64,000 bases of DNA from Escherichia coli (GTDB lineage: Bacteria > Pseudomonadota > Gammaproteobacteria > Enterobacterales > Enterobacteriaceae): assembly GCF_003018235.1 (NCBI RefSeq), contig NZ_CP027437.1. One strand, 5' to 3'. The notes under the pieces are model-generated. The model saw only the letters and a list, made by a program, of their open reading frames with translations. It was not told the origin of the DNA and searched no databases. This document shows, in pieces, positions 22,036-34,488 of the stretch. The position numbers and the translations under genes were made by a program. Numbering within the stretch: position 1 is the first letter of the stretch; each line of letters begins with the position of its first letter.

Positions 22036-22329
22036 ATGGCCAAAGAACAAACGGACCGTACGACATTAGATCTGTTCGCGCACGAGCGTCGACCGGGACG
22101 ACCGAAAACTAATCCGCTTTCGCGCGATGAACAGCTGCGTATTAATAAACGCAACCAGCTAAAACGCGACAAAGTACGTGGCCTTAAGCGTGTCGAACTG
22201 AAGCTGAACGCGGAAGCTGTCGAGGCGCTGAACGAGCTGGCGGAATCGCGCAATATGAGCCGTAGCGAACTGATCGAAGAGATGTTAATGCAGCAACTGG
22301 CGGCGCTGCGTAGTCAGGGCATCGTTTAA
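22036..22329 (+). CDS. ybfE: YbfE, small SOS-regulated protein (97 aa)
   Basis: ATG at 22036 gives [33 protein letters not shown]...; upstream ORF-track extension rejected. Confidence 0.8.
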   Translation: MAKEQTDRTTLDLFAHERRPGRPKTNPLSRDEQLRINKRNQLKRDKVRGLKRVELKLNAEAVEALNELAESRNMSRSELIEEMLMQQLAALRSQGIV

Positions 22330-22468
22330 ATTTCCACTTTCATGTAGCACAGTGTGCAGTCCTGCTCGTTTGCTGATTCCGCAAGACTGCCTGTTCTGCT
22401 ATGATTGCCTTTATCCGTGGGCAATTTTCCACCCCCATTTCAATAAGTTTCAAGAGGTTATTTCACTC

Positions 22469-22999
22469 ATGGCTATCACTGGCATCTTTTTCGGCAGCGA
22501 CACCGGTAATACCGAAAATATCGCAAAAATGATTCAAAAACAGCTTGGTAAAGACGTTGCCGATGTCCATGACATTGCAAAAAGCAGCAAAGAAGATCTG
22601 GAAGCATATGACATTCTGCTGCTGGGCATCCCAACCTGGTATTACGGCGAAGCGCAGTGTGACTGGGATGACTTCTTCCCGACTCTCGAAGAGATTGATT
22701 TCAATGGCAAACTGGTTGCGCTGTTTGGCTGTGGTGACCAGGAAGATTACGCTGAATACTTCTGTGACGCATTGGGCACCATCCGCGACATCATTGAACC
22801 GCGCGGTGCAACCATTGTTGGTCACTGGCCAACTGCGGGCTACCATTTCGAAGCGTCAAAAGGTCTGGCAGATGACGACCACTTTGTCGGTCTGGCTATC
22901 GACGAAGACCGTCAGCCGGAACTGACCGCTGAACGTGTAGAAAAATGGGTTAAACAGATTTCTGAAGAGTTGCATCTCGACGAAATTCTCAATGCCTGA
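22469..22999 (+). CDS. fldA: Flavodoxin 1 (176 aa)
   Basis: ATG at 22469 gives [23 protein letters not shown]..., the long-chain flavodoxin FMN-binding motif. Confidence 0.95.
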
Positions 23000-23204
23000 T
23001 GTGATGCGGCGTAGACTCATGTCTACGCCGTATTAATAGATAATGCCAATCAAAATAATTGCTACAAATTTGTAACTTTTGCTGTTGTACCTGTACAATG
23101 TCCCGGTGTTCAAGTGGCCTTGCCGTTGTAAATGTAAGCTGTGCCACGTTTTTATTAACAATATTTGCCAGGGACTTGTGGTTTTCATTTAGGCGTGGCA
23201 ACTC

Positions 23205-23223
23205 TATAATGATACGCATTATC
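23205..23223 (+). promoter_or_regulatory. Fur box at the uof-fur promoter
   Basis: TATAATGATACGCATTATC against consensus GATAATGATAATCATTATC; overlaps the uof start codon. Confidence 0.6.
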
Positions 23224-23295
23224 TCAAGAGCAAATTCTGTCACTTCTCCTAATGAAGTGAACCGCTTAGTAACAGGACAGATTCCGCATGACTGA
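23209..23295 (+). CDS. uof: Uof, upstream leader ORF of fur (28 aa)
   Basis: ATG at 23209 gives MIRIISRANSVTSPNEVNRLVTGQIPHD; its stop overlaps the fur start region. Confidence 0.75.
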   Translation: MIRIISRANSVTSPNEVNRLVTGQIPHD

Positions 23296-23734
23296 TAACA
23301 ATACCGCCCTAAAGAAAGCTGGCCTGAAAGTAACGCTTCCTCGTTTAAAAATCCTGGAAGTTCTTCAGGAGCCGGACAACCATCACGTCAGTGCGGAAGA
23401 TTTATACAAACGTCTGATCGATATGGGTGAAGAAATTGGTCTGGCTACGGTATATCGCGTACTGAACCAGTTTGACGATGCTGGTATCGTCACCCGCCAC
23501 AATTTTGAAGGCGGTAAATCCGTATTTGAACTGACACAGCAACATCACCACGATCACCTGATCTGCCTCGACTGCGGCAAGGTTATCGAATTTAGTGATG
23601 ATTCCATCGAAGCGCGTCAGCGTGAAATTGCCGCAAAACATGGCATTCGCCTGACTAACCACAGTCTCTATCTTTACGGTCACTGTGCCGAAGGCGATTG
23701 CCGCGAAGATGAGCACGCGCACGAAGGCAAATAA
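23288..23734 (+). CDS. fur: Fur, ferric uptake regulator (148 aa)
   Basis: Translation MTDNNTALKKAGLKVTLPRLKILEVLQ... with HHHDH and C-terminal Cys pairs. Confidence 0.97.
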   Translation: MTDNNTALKKAGLKVTLPRLKILEVLQEPDNHHVSAEDLYKRLIDMGEEIGLATVYRVLNQFDDAGIVTRHNFEGGKSVFELTQQHHHDHLICLDCGKVIEFSDDSIEARQREIAAKHGIRLTNHSLYLYGHCAEGDCREDEHAHEGK

Positions 23735-23749
23735 GCCAGCCGGAACGAG

Positions 23750-23778
23750 AAAAGCCAACCTGCGGGTTGGCTTTTTTA
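23750..23778 (+). terminator. Intrinsic terminator after fur
   Basis: AGCCAACC-TGCG-GGTTGGCT hairpin followed by TTTTTT, 16 bp after the fur stop. Confidence 0.7.
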
Positions 23779-23817
23779 TACACGGGAAATAAGAAAAGCG
23801 AGAGTTACAGCTCTCAC

Positions 23818-24144
23818 TTATTTGTTATTACTGCGAATTTCCTGCCAGACCTTATCACAATCGGCTTTCACCGCCTGATCATTACCGGTTTGCGTTGCGC
23901 GCAGACACTGCTGATAATCCAGTACGCGTACACTTTCCTGGTCGGCAAACTGCTGATGTTGTTTCTCTTTCTTCAGCACGTTTAACACGCTCTGGCAGGC
24001 TTCAATTTTTTCTGGCGAACCTTGTGCGGTGTTGATACAGGCGCTGTATGCCTCTTTCAGACGACTGTCTTCCTGTGGCGCGGTTGATTGCGCACAAGCT
24101 ACCAGCCCCGATGCCATTATGGCGATGAGAATCAGTTTTTTCAT
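23818..24144 (-). CDS. chiQ: ChiQ (YbfN) lipoprotein (108 aa)
   Basis: Lipoprotein signal MKKLILIAIMASGLVAC (lipobox LVAC); immediately downstream of chiP. Confidence 0.85.
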   Translation of the reverse strand: MKKLILIAIMASGLVACAQSTAPQEDSRLKEAYSACINTAQGSPEKIEACQSVLNVLKKEKQHQQFADQESVRVLDYQQCLRATQTGNDQAVKADCDKVWQEIRSNNK

Positions 24145-24193
24145 AGCAAATTCCTCAAACGTGCGGCAGGCACAAAACCTGCCGCGTCGGGCA

Positions 24194-25600
24194 TCAGAAG
24201 ATGGTGAATGGTGCGATTACCATAAATTTCACGTCACGCTCATCCTGGAAAATGTTGCCGTAACCACCGCCCCAGCTTGGGATGTCGGAGTGGTTGTCGT
24301 ATTCGGTGAAGTGCAGTTTGAACATCGTGCCTTTGGCGCGACCGTCCTGAATGGTGTAGACCGCATCCAGGCTGTAGGCAGACTCTTCAATAGTCCGGTT
24401 TTTGTCGTAGTACGCATCCGGATTGCTCTGCCAGGTAGCGGGTTTAGCATCCCATGCGTAAACGTAGGAAGCGCCGATGGCGAAGCCTGGAAGATTCCAG
24501 TTTTTCAAGTCATACATCGCACCGAAGAAGACCGCTTTTTCGCCGTTGGCGTTGAAGTCAGAACGGTTATCCCACCAGATATCCAGGCGACCGTTGGAGG
24601 AAGCGTAGGTTGGAGTCATACGTTGCAGGAAGTATCCCTGCTGACCGTCGGCTTTAACCCAGGTGCCTTCCAGACGCAAATCCACTACATCAGCCGCCCG
24701 GTAACCAAAGGTCAATGCTTGCAGCCAGGCAGTGCCGTCGTAAAGGTCGTTGACGCTGCGATCGTCAACTTTATCGCGCGTACCGTAGAACTGGTAGCTG
24801 GTGGTTAACGGGCTACCGGCGATATCAAATTTGTAGCTGGCTTTGGCAAAGTATTGATCGATATACCCTTCCGCCTGACCAAATGCTGCTTCCAGTACGA
24901 AGTTATTTTTGAAGTCGTATTTCGCACCGATGGAGTGCAGATAATCAACTTTGGTGGTTTTATCGTTCTGATAAAACTCATCCATTTCCAGATGCCACGG
25001 TGCTTTGTATTCGTTGGTCCACATGTAGGAGAAACTCAACGCACCAGCATCGCCGTAATCAAAATTCGCCCCGGCTTCCGCCCCCTGATAAGTACCCGGC
25101 ATAAAGCTCCAGTGCGGCGCTAACAGCGTTTGACCAGTTGGCTGAATGTAACCTGCCCTCGCCCAAACCGGACCGTATTTAAATTTGGCCGCTGCTTTAT
25201 ACAGGCTTATACCGCTTTTATCGCCGGACCAGTCTTCGTCATAGGCTTTATTACTTTTTGAAAACGCGATTTCGTTCGGGTGAGAGCTGTCACCGTTTTC
25301 CGCCATTTCAATCGCCGTAAACGCGGCAATATCAAGGCCGAACATATCAGCAGCATAACCGGACTGAAAATCGAGGTTGGCGTTCCAGGTGGAGTGAGAA
25401 AGGTTGGTTTTGTATTTGTCGCCGTCGGTAACATCTTTACGGTCGCGTTCACGCTGCCAGTAATAGATACCGCCGGTTAAGGTTGAATCGTCGATGAATC
25501 CTTCGGCGCGAGCCTCCGGCATTGCCATAAAGCCCGACATTGCTGTAACACCGGCGATAGCCAGCGCCAGCGTACTACGTTTGCCACTAAACGTACGCAT
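24194..25600 (-). CDS. chiP: ChiP (YbfM) chitooligosaccharide outer-membrane porin (468 aa)
   Basis: Signal peptide, aromatic-rich beta-barrel sequence ending in terminal Phe (FTIF); downstream of glnS as in K-12. Confidence 0.9.
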   Translation of the reverse strand: MRTFSGKRSTLALAIAGVTAMSGFMAMPEARAEGFIDDSTLTGGIYYWQRERDRKDVTDGDKYKTNLSHSTWNANLDFQSGYAADMFGLDIAAFTAIEMAENGDSSHPNEIAFSKSNKAYDEDWSGDKSGISLYKAAAKFKYGPVWARAGYIQPTGQTLLAPHWSFMPGTYQGAEAGANFDYGDAGALSFSYMWTNEYKAPWHLEMDEFYQNDKTTKVDYLHSIGAKYDFKNNFVLEAAFGQAEGYIDQYFAKASYKFDIAGSPLTTSYQFYGTRDKVDDRSVNDLYDGTAWLQALTFGYRAADVVDLRLEGTWVKADGQQGYFLQRMTPTYASSNGRLDIWWDNRSDFNANGEKAVFFGAMYDLKNWNLPGFAIGASYVYAWDAKPATWQSNPDAYYDKNRTIEESAYSLDAVYTIQDGRAKGTMFKLHFTEYDNHSDIPSWGGGYGNIFQDERDVKFMVIAPFTIF

Positions 25601-25953
25601 GGGTTAATCCTCTTTGACGTATAAATTGCTGCACCAAAGGTGAACAGCGAAAAAAATAAAAATTAAAAAAGTAGCGTTGAGAAAAGTCTCGCTGACTACA
25701 GGAACAGACTATTTTTCGCGACGCGAATTATCAATCTCTTTCTGTAACCAGAATGTAAGAACATGAGCAACCGCACATATTTTGATGATTTTTGTTACAA
25801 GGCTTAAGTTTGCAGTTGAAAGGCTTGCAGAAGAATAAAAACGTGAAATTCCAGCAAGATGAAAGCGGTTACATTTTATTTAATTATGTTTTGTGATTTT
25901 AAATTTATTTTATGGATAAATTGCGAAGCGGAATTAATTCGCGAAGAAAAGCA

Positions 25954-25980
25954 GAAAAAAACGCCGCAGAGCGCGGCATT
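25954..25980 (-). terminator. Intrinsic terminator downstream of glnS
   Basis: On the minus strand, GCCGCGC-TCT-GCGGCG hairpin followed by a T-run. Confidence 0.5.
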
Positions 25981-26002
25981 TTGAATTGTTTGCATGTTTC
26001 AT

Positions 26003-26038
26003 GCCGGATGCGGCGTAAACGCCTCACCCGGCCTGGTA
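26003..26038. repeat. REP-like palindromic element
   Basis: GCCGGATGCGGCGTAAACGCCTCACCCGGCCTGGTAG resembles the REP consensus; lies between the glnS stop and chiP promoter. Confidence 0.5.
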
Positions 26039-26048
26039 GAACTTAAAA

Positions 26049-27713
26049 TTACTCGCCTACTTTCGCCCAGGTATCACGCAGCCCAACGGTGCGGTTAAAT
26101 ACCGGTTTTTCCGCCGTAGAATGGCGGCTGTCGAGGCAGAAATAACCTTCACGCTCAAACTGGAATGCTTTACCCGCTACCGCGTCTTTCAGAGACGGTT
26201 CAGCAAAGCCCTGTTTGATCACCAGCGATTCCGGGTTAATCACCGACAGGAAATCATCCGCAGCACCTGGGTTCGGCACGCTGAACAGACGATCGTACAG
26301 GCGGATTTCAACCGGCAGCGCATGTGCCGCGCTCACCCAGTGGATAACACCTTTCACTTTACGACCATCTGCCGGATCTTTGCTTAAGGTGTCGGCGTCA
26401 TAAGTACAGAAGATGGTGGTGATATTGCCTTCGGCATCTTTCTCCACGCGTTCTGCCTTAATGACGTAAGCATTACGCAGACGCACTTCTTTACCCAGCA
26501 CCAGACGCTTGTACTGCTTGTTAGCTTCTTCGCGGAAATCGGCGCGGTCGATCCAAATCTCACCGCTAAACGGCACCTGACGGCTCCCCATTTCCGGTTT
26601 GTTCGGATGGTTCGGCATGGTAACCATTTCGCCTTCGCCCTGGTAGTTTTCGATAACCAGTTTCACCGGATCGATAACCGCCATTGCGCGCGGGGCGTTT
26701 TCGTTGAGATCTTCACGGATGCAGGATTCCAGCGACGCCATTTCAATGGTGTTGTCCTGCTTGGTCACGCCGATGCGTTTGCAGAACTCACGAATAGAAG
26801 CCGCAGTGTAACCACGACGACGCAGACCGGAAATGGTCGGCATACGCGGGTCATCCCAGCCTTCAACGTGCTTGTCGGTCACCAGCAGGTTCAGCTTACG
26901 CTTGGACATCACAGTGTATTCCAGATTCAGGCGCGAGAATTCGTACTGGCGCGGGTGAACAGGAATGGTGATGTTGTCCAGCACCCAGTCGTACAGGCGA
27001 CGGTTGTCCTGGAACTCAAGCGTACACAGAGAGTGCGTAATACCTTCCAGCGCATCGCTGATGCAATGGGTGAAGTCGTACATCGGGTAGATGCACCACT
27101 TGTTGCCAGTCTGGTGGTGTTCAGCAAATTTAATGCGGTACAGCACCGGATCGCGCATTACGATAAATGGCGACGCCATGTCGATTTTCGCACGCAGGCA
27201 GGCTTTACCTTCTTCAAAACCACCGGTACGCATTTTTTCGAACAGCGCCAGGTTCTCTTCAACGCTGCGGTCGCGGTACGGGCTGTTTTTACCCGGCTGC
27301 GTCAGGGTGCCGCGGTATTCGCGGATCTGTTCCGGTGTCAGTTCATCAACGTACGCCAGGCCTTTATTGATCAGTTCGATCGCATAGGCGTGGAGCTGAT
27401 CAAAATAATCGGAGGAGTAACGGACGTTACCAGACCAGTGAAAACCTAACCACTCTACGTCGTTTTTGATCGACTCAACATACTCGATATCTTCTTTTAC
27501 CGGGTTAGTGTCGTCGAAACGCAGGTTGCACTGGCCTTTATAGTCCTGGGCGATCCCGAAGTTCAGGCAGATAGATTTCGCATGGCCAATATGCAGATAG
27601 CCATTCGGCTCCGGCGGGAAACGGGTGTGTACTGTGGTGTGCTTACCACTGGCCAGATCTTCATCGATGATCTGACGAATAAAGTTAGTCGGGCGGGCTT
27701 CTGCCTCACTCAT
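26049..27713 (-). CDS. glnS: Glutaminyl-tRNA synthetase (554 aa)
   Basis: Class I synthetase HIGH motif ([11 protein letters not shown]) and VMSKR (KMSKS-type) motif. Confidence 0.97.
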   Translation of the reverse strand: MSEAEARPTNFIRQIIDEDLASGKHTTVHTRFPPEPNGYLHIGHAKSICLNFGIAQDYKGQCNLRFDDTNPVKEDIEYVESIKNDVEWLGFHWSGNVRYSSDYFDQLHAYAIELINKGLAYVDELTPEQIREYRGTLTQPGKNSPYRDRSVEENLALFEKMRTGGFEEGKACLRAKIDMASPFIVMRDPVLYRIKFAEHHQTGNKWCIYPMYDFTHCISDALEGITHSLCTLEFQDNRRLYDWVLDNITIPVHPRQYEFSRLNLEYTVMSKRKLNLLVTDKHVEGWDDPRMPTISGLRRRGYTAASIREFCKRIGVTKQDNTIEMASLESCIREDLNENAPRAMAVIDPVKLVIENYQGEGEMVTMPNHPNKPEMGSRQVPFSGEIWIDRADFREEANKQYKRLVLGKEVRLRNAYVIKAERVEKDAEGNITTIFCTYDADTLSKDPADGRKVKGVIHWVSAAHALPVEIRLYDRLFSVPNPGAADDFLSVINPESLVIKQGFAEPSLKDAVAGKAFQFEREGYFCLDSRHSTAEKPVFNRTVGLRDTWAKVGE

Positions 27714-27915
27714 CGTGGATTCCTCAAAGCGTAAACAACGTATAACGGCGTATGATCTTATAAGCGGGACAGGCTGACAACTGTTAGTTAGTGAAAATCG
27801 AAAATCTCACTGAGATTATGGGGATGATTGATGAAAAAAAAAGCGGCAGAGAAGATCTCCACCGCTTGTCATTGTTGGATGCGACGCTGCCGTGTCGCAT
27901 CAGGTATAAAGCAGA

Positions 27916-29862
27916 TTACTTTTTGATTTCATACAGCGGTGTTTGACCCGCCACGACATGGCCCTGAGCTTTAATGATCAAGCCGCTGAAATCGTCGATA
28001 TTGCTGCAAACCACCGGGCTAATCATCGAGCGGGCGTTTTCGTTCAGATAATCCAGATCCATTTCCAGAATCGGTTGCCCTGCGCTTACTTGCGCGCCCT
28101 CTTCCACCAGACGTTTAAAGCCTTTACCTTCCAGCGCTACGGTGTCGATACCCATATGGACGACGATCTCCGCGCCTTTTTCGGTTTCCAGGCAGAACGC
28201 GTGGTTGGTGTTGAAGATTTTCACGATTGTCCCTGCGGCTGGTGATACGACGATTTTATCTGTCGGTTTCACCGCCACACCGTCACCCACCGCTTTGCTG
28301 GCGAATGCTTCGTCAGGAACCTGATCCAGTGCCACAACATCACCGGTAATCGGCGATACCAGCTCCGCGACAGACACCGCGTTTGGTATAGCCTGCGGTT
28401 TTGCTACAGGCGCGGCAGTTGCAGGCGCAGTTTCAGCTGACGCAGCGGCTACCGGACCACGGGCAACAACTTTCTTCATTGCATCGCCAATGGATTCCGC
28501 TTTCGCGCCAACAATCACCTGAATAGTCTGTTTGTTCAGTTTCACTACCCCAGAAGCACCCAGCCGTTTACACATCGCATCGTTGACGCGAGCCGAGTCA
28601 ACCACGGTCAGGCGCAGACGAGTAATACAGGCGTCAATTGCTTTCAGGTTGTCAGTGCCGCCAACCGCAGCAATATAGTTGGTCGCCAGTTGATTGAGGC
28701 CTTCTTCAGTGTTGCTGTTGGCTTCTTCAGTAACGATCTCATCTTCTTTATCTTCACGACCCGGCGTTTTCAGGTTGAACATGCGGATAACCAAACTGAA
28801 CACCACGAAGTAGATAGCGAAGAAGACAACACCCATAACCAGCAGCATCCAGACGTTCTGGCTGGCGGCCGGCAGGTTATACATCAACGCGTAGTCGATA
28901 GCCCCCGCAGAGAAGGAGAAGCCCGCGTGGATACCCAGCAGCGTTGCCACAAACAGGCTGATACCGGTCAGCAGTGCGTGCAGGAGGTACAGCAGCGGCG
29001 CAAGGAACATGAACAGGAATTCCAGCGGCTCAGTCACACCGGTCAGGAACGCAGTAACAGCAACAGAAAGCAGCATACCGCCAACCATCGGACGACGCTC
29101 TTTCGGTGCTGCAAAGTACATCGCCAGCGCCGCACCCGGCAGACCGAACATCATGATCGGGAAGAAGCCGGACATGAACATCCCCGCGGTGCCGTCACCG
29201 GCATAGAAGCGGTTGATGTCACCGTGGAAAACCGTACCCGCCGCGTTGGTGAATTCACCAATCTGGAACCAGGCGATGGTGTTCAGTACCTGATGCAGAC
29301 CGGTTGGGATCAGCAGACGGTTGATGAAACCAAAGATACCGGAACCCAGCGCGCCCGCAGAAACGATCCACTCGCCGCCTGCATGGATAGCGTGCTGTAC
29401 CGGCGGCCAGACGTAACCAAAAATGGCCGCCAGCACCAGGCAGAAGAAGCCGGTGGCGATCGGCACAAAGCGTTTGCCGCCGAAGAAGCTCAGGAAGTCC
29501 GGCAGTTTAATATCGGACCAACGGTTATAGGCTGCACCACCGACCAGACCGGTAATGATACCCGCCAGTACACCCATGTTAATTTCCGGGTTGATGGTCA
29601 CCATCGCTTTGGTTAACACAAAGTAACCTACCGCACCCGCCAGTGCCGCCGCACCTGCGCTGTCTTTCGACCAGCTGGATGCCACGCCGATGGCGAAGAT
29701 TAATGCGAGGTTATCAAAAATCGCACCGCCCGCCTGGGCAATAAACGCAACGTTAAGTAAATCTGGCTGACCGAATCGCAGCAACAGCGCCGCCACCGGC
29801 AGCACCGCGATAGGGAGCTGTAACGCCCTACCGAGTCGCTGGAAAAAACCTAAAATATTCAT
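27916..29862 (-). CDS. nagE: NagE, PTS N-acetylglucosamine transporter EIICBA (648 aa)
   Basis: Membrane EIIC domain followed by EIIB (..CITRLR..) and EIIA domains. Confidence 0.95.
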   Translation of the reverse strand: MNILGFFQRLGRALQLPIAVLPVAALLLRFGQPDLLNVAFIAQAGGAIFDNLALIFAIGVASSWSKDSAGAAALAGAVGYFVLTKAMVTINPEINMGVLAGIITGLVGGAAYNRWSDIKLPDFLSFFGGKRFVPIATGFFCLVLAAIFGYVWPPVQHAIHAGGEWIVSAGALGSGIFGFINRLLIPTGLHQVLNTIAWFQIGEFTNAAGTVFHGDINRFYAGDGTAGMFMSGFFPIMMFGLPGAALAMYFAAPKERRPMVGGMLLSVAVTAFLTGVTEPLEFLFMFLAPLLYLLHALLTGISLFVATLLGIHAGFSFSAGAIDYALMYNLPAASQNVWMLLVMGVVFFAIYFVVFSLVIRMFNLKTPGREDKEDEIVTEEANSNTEEGLNQLATNYIAAVGGTDNLKAIDACITRLRLTVVDSARVNDAMCKRLGASGVVKLNKQTIQVIVGAKAESIGDAMKKVVARGPVAAASAETAPATAAPVAKPQAIPNAVSVAELVSPITGDVVALDQVPDEAFASKAVGDGVAVKPTDKIVVSPAAGTIVKIFNTNHAFCLETEKGAEIVVHMGIDTVALEGKGFKRLVEEGAQVSAGQPILEMDLDYLNENARSMISPVVCSNIDDFSGLIIKAQGHVVAGQTPLYEIKK

Positions 29863-29985
29863 CTTATTCCCCCTACGAGAACCCTATTTGGCTCGTTTAA
29901 AGCCGTATTTTTATTTTGCTGCAAATTGTACTGCCGATGTTCTGTAATCAGATTGTTAGATCATCTGCTACAGAGTGTGTGAAAA

Positions 29986-30007
29986 TTTAATTCGTATCGC
30001 AAATTAA
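29986..30007. promoter_or_regulatory. Dyad-symmetric operator in the nagE-nagB divergent region (NagC-type)
   Basis: Perfect inverted repeat TTTAATT-CGTATCG-CAAATTAAA (arms are exact reverse complements) next to the CRP site. Confidence 0.45.
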
Positions 30008-30015
30008 ACGCGTGT

Positions 30016-30037
30016 CTTTTGTGAGTTTTGTCACCAA
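30016..30037. promoter_or_regulatory. CRP binding site in the nagE-nagB divergent region
   Basis: TGTGA-GTTTTG-TCACC, matching the TGTGA-N6-TCACA consensus. Confidence 0.6.
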
Positions 30038-30194
30038 ATATCGTTATCATCACTCCCTTTTACTGGCTAAACCAGAAAACTTATTTTATCATTCAAAAAA
30101 TCAGGTCGGATTGACGCCTGTCTGCGCAAATCCAGGTTACGCTTAAAGATGCCTAATCCGCCAACGGCTTACATTTTACTTATTGAGGTGAATA

Positions 30195-32203
<2,009 letters not shown>

Positions 32204-32211
32204 GAGAAAGT

Positions 32212-33432
32212 ATGACACCAGGCGGACAAGCTCAGATAGGTAATGTTGATCTCGTAAAACAGCTTAACAGCGCGGCGGTTTATCGCCTGATTGACCAGTA
32301 TGGGCCAATCTCGCGGATTCAGATTGCCGAGCAAAGCCAGCTTGCCCCCGCCAGCGTAACCAAAATTACGCGTCAGCTTATCGAACGCGGGCTGATCAAA
32401 GAAGTTGATCAGCAGGCCTCCACCGGGGGCCGCCGCGCTATCTCTATCGTCACCGAAACCCGCAATTTCCACGCAATCGGCGTACGGCTTGGTCGTCACG
32501 ACGCCACCATCACTCTGTTTGATCTCAGTAGCAAAGTGCTGGCGGAAGAACATTACCCGCTGCCGGAACGTACCCAGCAGACGCTGGAACATGCCCTGCT
32601 GAATGCCATTGCTCAGTTTATTGATAGCTACCAGCGCAAGCTGCGCGAGCTGATCGCCATTTCCGTGATCCTGCCAGGGCTTGTTGACCCGGACAGCGGC
32701 AAAATTCATTACATGCCGCATATTCAGGTAGAAAACTGGGGGCTGGTAGAAGCACTGGAAGAACGTTTTAAAGTGACCTGTTTCGTCGGTCACGATATCC
32801 GTAGTCTGGCGCTGGCGGAGCACTACTTCGGTGCAAGTCAGGATTGCGAAGACTCCATTCTGGTGCGTGTACATCGCGGAACCGGGGCCGGGATTATCTC
32901 TAACGGGCGCATTTTTATTGGCCGCAACGGTAACGTCGGTGAAATTGGCCATATTCAGGTCGAACCGCTGGGTGAACGCTGCCACTGCGGCAACTTTGGC
33001 TGCCTGGAAACTATCGCCGCCAATGCTGCCATTGAACAACGGGTATTGAATCTGTTAAAGCAGGGCTACCAGAGCCGTGTGCCACTGGACGACTGCACCA
33101 TAAAAACTATCTGCAAAGCTGCGAACAAAGGCGATAGCCTGGCGTCGGAAGTGATTGAGTATGTCGGTCGTCATCTGGGCAAAACCATCGCCATTGCCAT
33201 CAACCTGTTTAACCCGCAAAAAATTGTTATTGCCGGAGAAATCACCGAAGCCGATAAAGTGCTGCTCCCTGCTATTGAAAGCTGCATTAATACCCAGGCG
33301 CTGAAGGCGTTTCGCACTAATCTGCCGGTGGTACGTTCTGAGCTGGATCACCGCTCGGCAATCGGCGCTTTTGCGCTGGTAAAACGCGCCATGCTCAACG
33401 GTATTTTGCTCCAGCATTTGCTGGAAAATTAA
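32212..33432 (+). CDS. nagC: NagC, ROK-family transcriptional regulator (406 aa)
   Basis: N-terminal HTH followed by ROK domain with CHCGNFGCLE zinc motif. Confidence 0.97.
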   Translation: MTPGGQAQIGNVDLVKQLNSAAVYRLIDQYGPISRIQIAEQSQLAPASVTKITRQLIERGLIKEVDQQASTGGRRAISIVTETRNFHAIGVRLGRHDATITLFDLSSKVLAEEHYPLPERTQQTLEHALLNAIAQFIDSYQRKLRELIAISVILPGLVDPDSGKIHYMPHIQVENWGLVEALEERFKVTCFVGHDIRSLALAEHYFGASQDCEDSILVRVHRGTGAGIISNGRIFIGRNGNVGEIGHIQVEPLGERCHCGNFGCLETIAANAAIEQRVLNLLKQGYQSRVPLDDCTIKTICKAANKGDSLASEVIEYVGRHLGKTIAIAINLFNPQKIVIAGEITEADKVLLPAIESCINTQALKAFRTNLPVVRSELDHRSAIGAFALVKRAMLNGILLQHLLEN

Positions 33433-33479
33433 TGTGCTTTTATAGTGGCGCTTATTGTTGTCAATATTCTGGGTAGTCC

Positions 33480-34232
33480 ATGACCATTAAAAATGTAATT
33501 TGCGATATCGACGGCGTGCTGATGCACGATAACGTCGCCGTACCGGGTGCAGCGGAATTTTTGCACGGGATTATGGATAAAGGCCTGCCGCTGGTGTTGC
33601 TGACCAACTATCCTTCGCAGACCGGGCAAGATCTGGCGAACCGCTTTGCCACTGCGGGTGTCGATGTGCCGGACAGCGTGTTTTATACCTCCGCGATGGC
33701 AACCGCCGATTTCCTGCGTCGCCAGGAAGGCAAGAAAGCATATGTGGTGGGCGAAGGCGCACTGATTCATGAACTGTACAAAGCCGGTTTCACTATTACC
33801 GATGTGAACCCTGATTTTGTGATTGTTGGCGAAACGCGTTCCTACAACTGGGACATGATGCATAAAGCAGCCTATTTCGTCGCTAACGGTGCACGCTTTA
33901 TCGCCACCAACCCGGACACCCATGGGCGCGGTTTTTATCCGGCCTGTGGCGCGCTATGCGCGGGGATCGAAAAAATCTCCGGACGTAAACCGTTCTATGT
34001 TGGTAAGCCGAGTCCGTGGATCATCCGCGCAGCATTAAACAAAATGCAGGCGCATTCGGAAGAAACGGTGATTGTCGGCGATAACCTGCGTACCGATATT
34101 CTGGCGGGCTTCCAGGCCGGTCTGGAGACGATTCTGGTACTCTCCGGTGTTTCGTCGCTCGACGATATCGACAGTATGCCATTCCGCCCCAGCTGGATTT
34201 ACCCATCGGTCGCCGAAATCGACGTTATCTGA
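33480..34232 (+). CDS. nagD: NagD (UmpH), HAD-family UMP phosphatase (250 aa)
   Basis: HAD motif I DIDGVL near the N-terminus; last gene of the nag cluster. Confidence 0.95.
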   Translation: MTIKNVICDIDGVLMHDNVAVPGAAEFLHGIMDKGLPLVLLTNYPSQTGQDLANRFATAGVDVPDSVFYTSAMATADFLRRQEGKKAYVVGEGALIHELYKAGFTITDVNPDFVIVGETRSYNWDMMHKAAYFVANGARFIATNPDTHGRGFYPACGALCAGIEKISGRKPFYVGKPSPWIIRAALNKMQAHSEETVIVGDNLRTDILAGFQAGLETILVLSGVSSLDDIDSMPFRPSWIYPSVAEIDVI

Positions 34233-34488
34233 ATAGCAACCACGCCTCAGGGCGTGGTTTCTTATTTTTACCCATCACTAAAATTCGCCCATTCAATAAA
34301 ACCCGCCAAAAATTATCGATTCATCAATAAATACACCTCTACACCCTACCCTTTTTCATTAATCAGCAATCATCATTACGTTTTTTATTTACCCCCTGCC
34401 AAATCGCTTGCGCACAGTGCTGCTTTGCGGCATTTTTTTAAACAAGCAAACACAACAAGCAACAAATACCAGGTTAACGGAGAAGGTT

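Noticed and set aside
24029-24808. 259-aa plus-strand ORF antisense to chiP
   Set aside because: Lies inside chiP on the opposite strand; chiP has a signal peptide and terminal Phe typical of porins.
26607-29616. Plus-strand ORFs (280 and 308 aa) antisense to glnS and nagE
   Set aside because: Antisense shadows of strongly supported genes; His/Arg/Gln-rich low-complexity translations.
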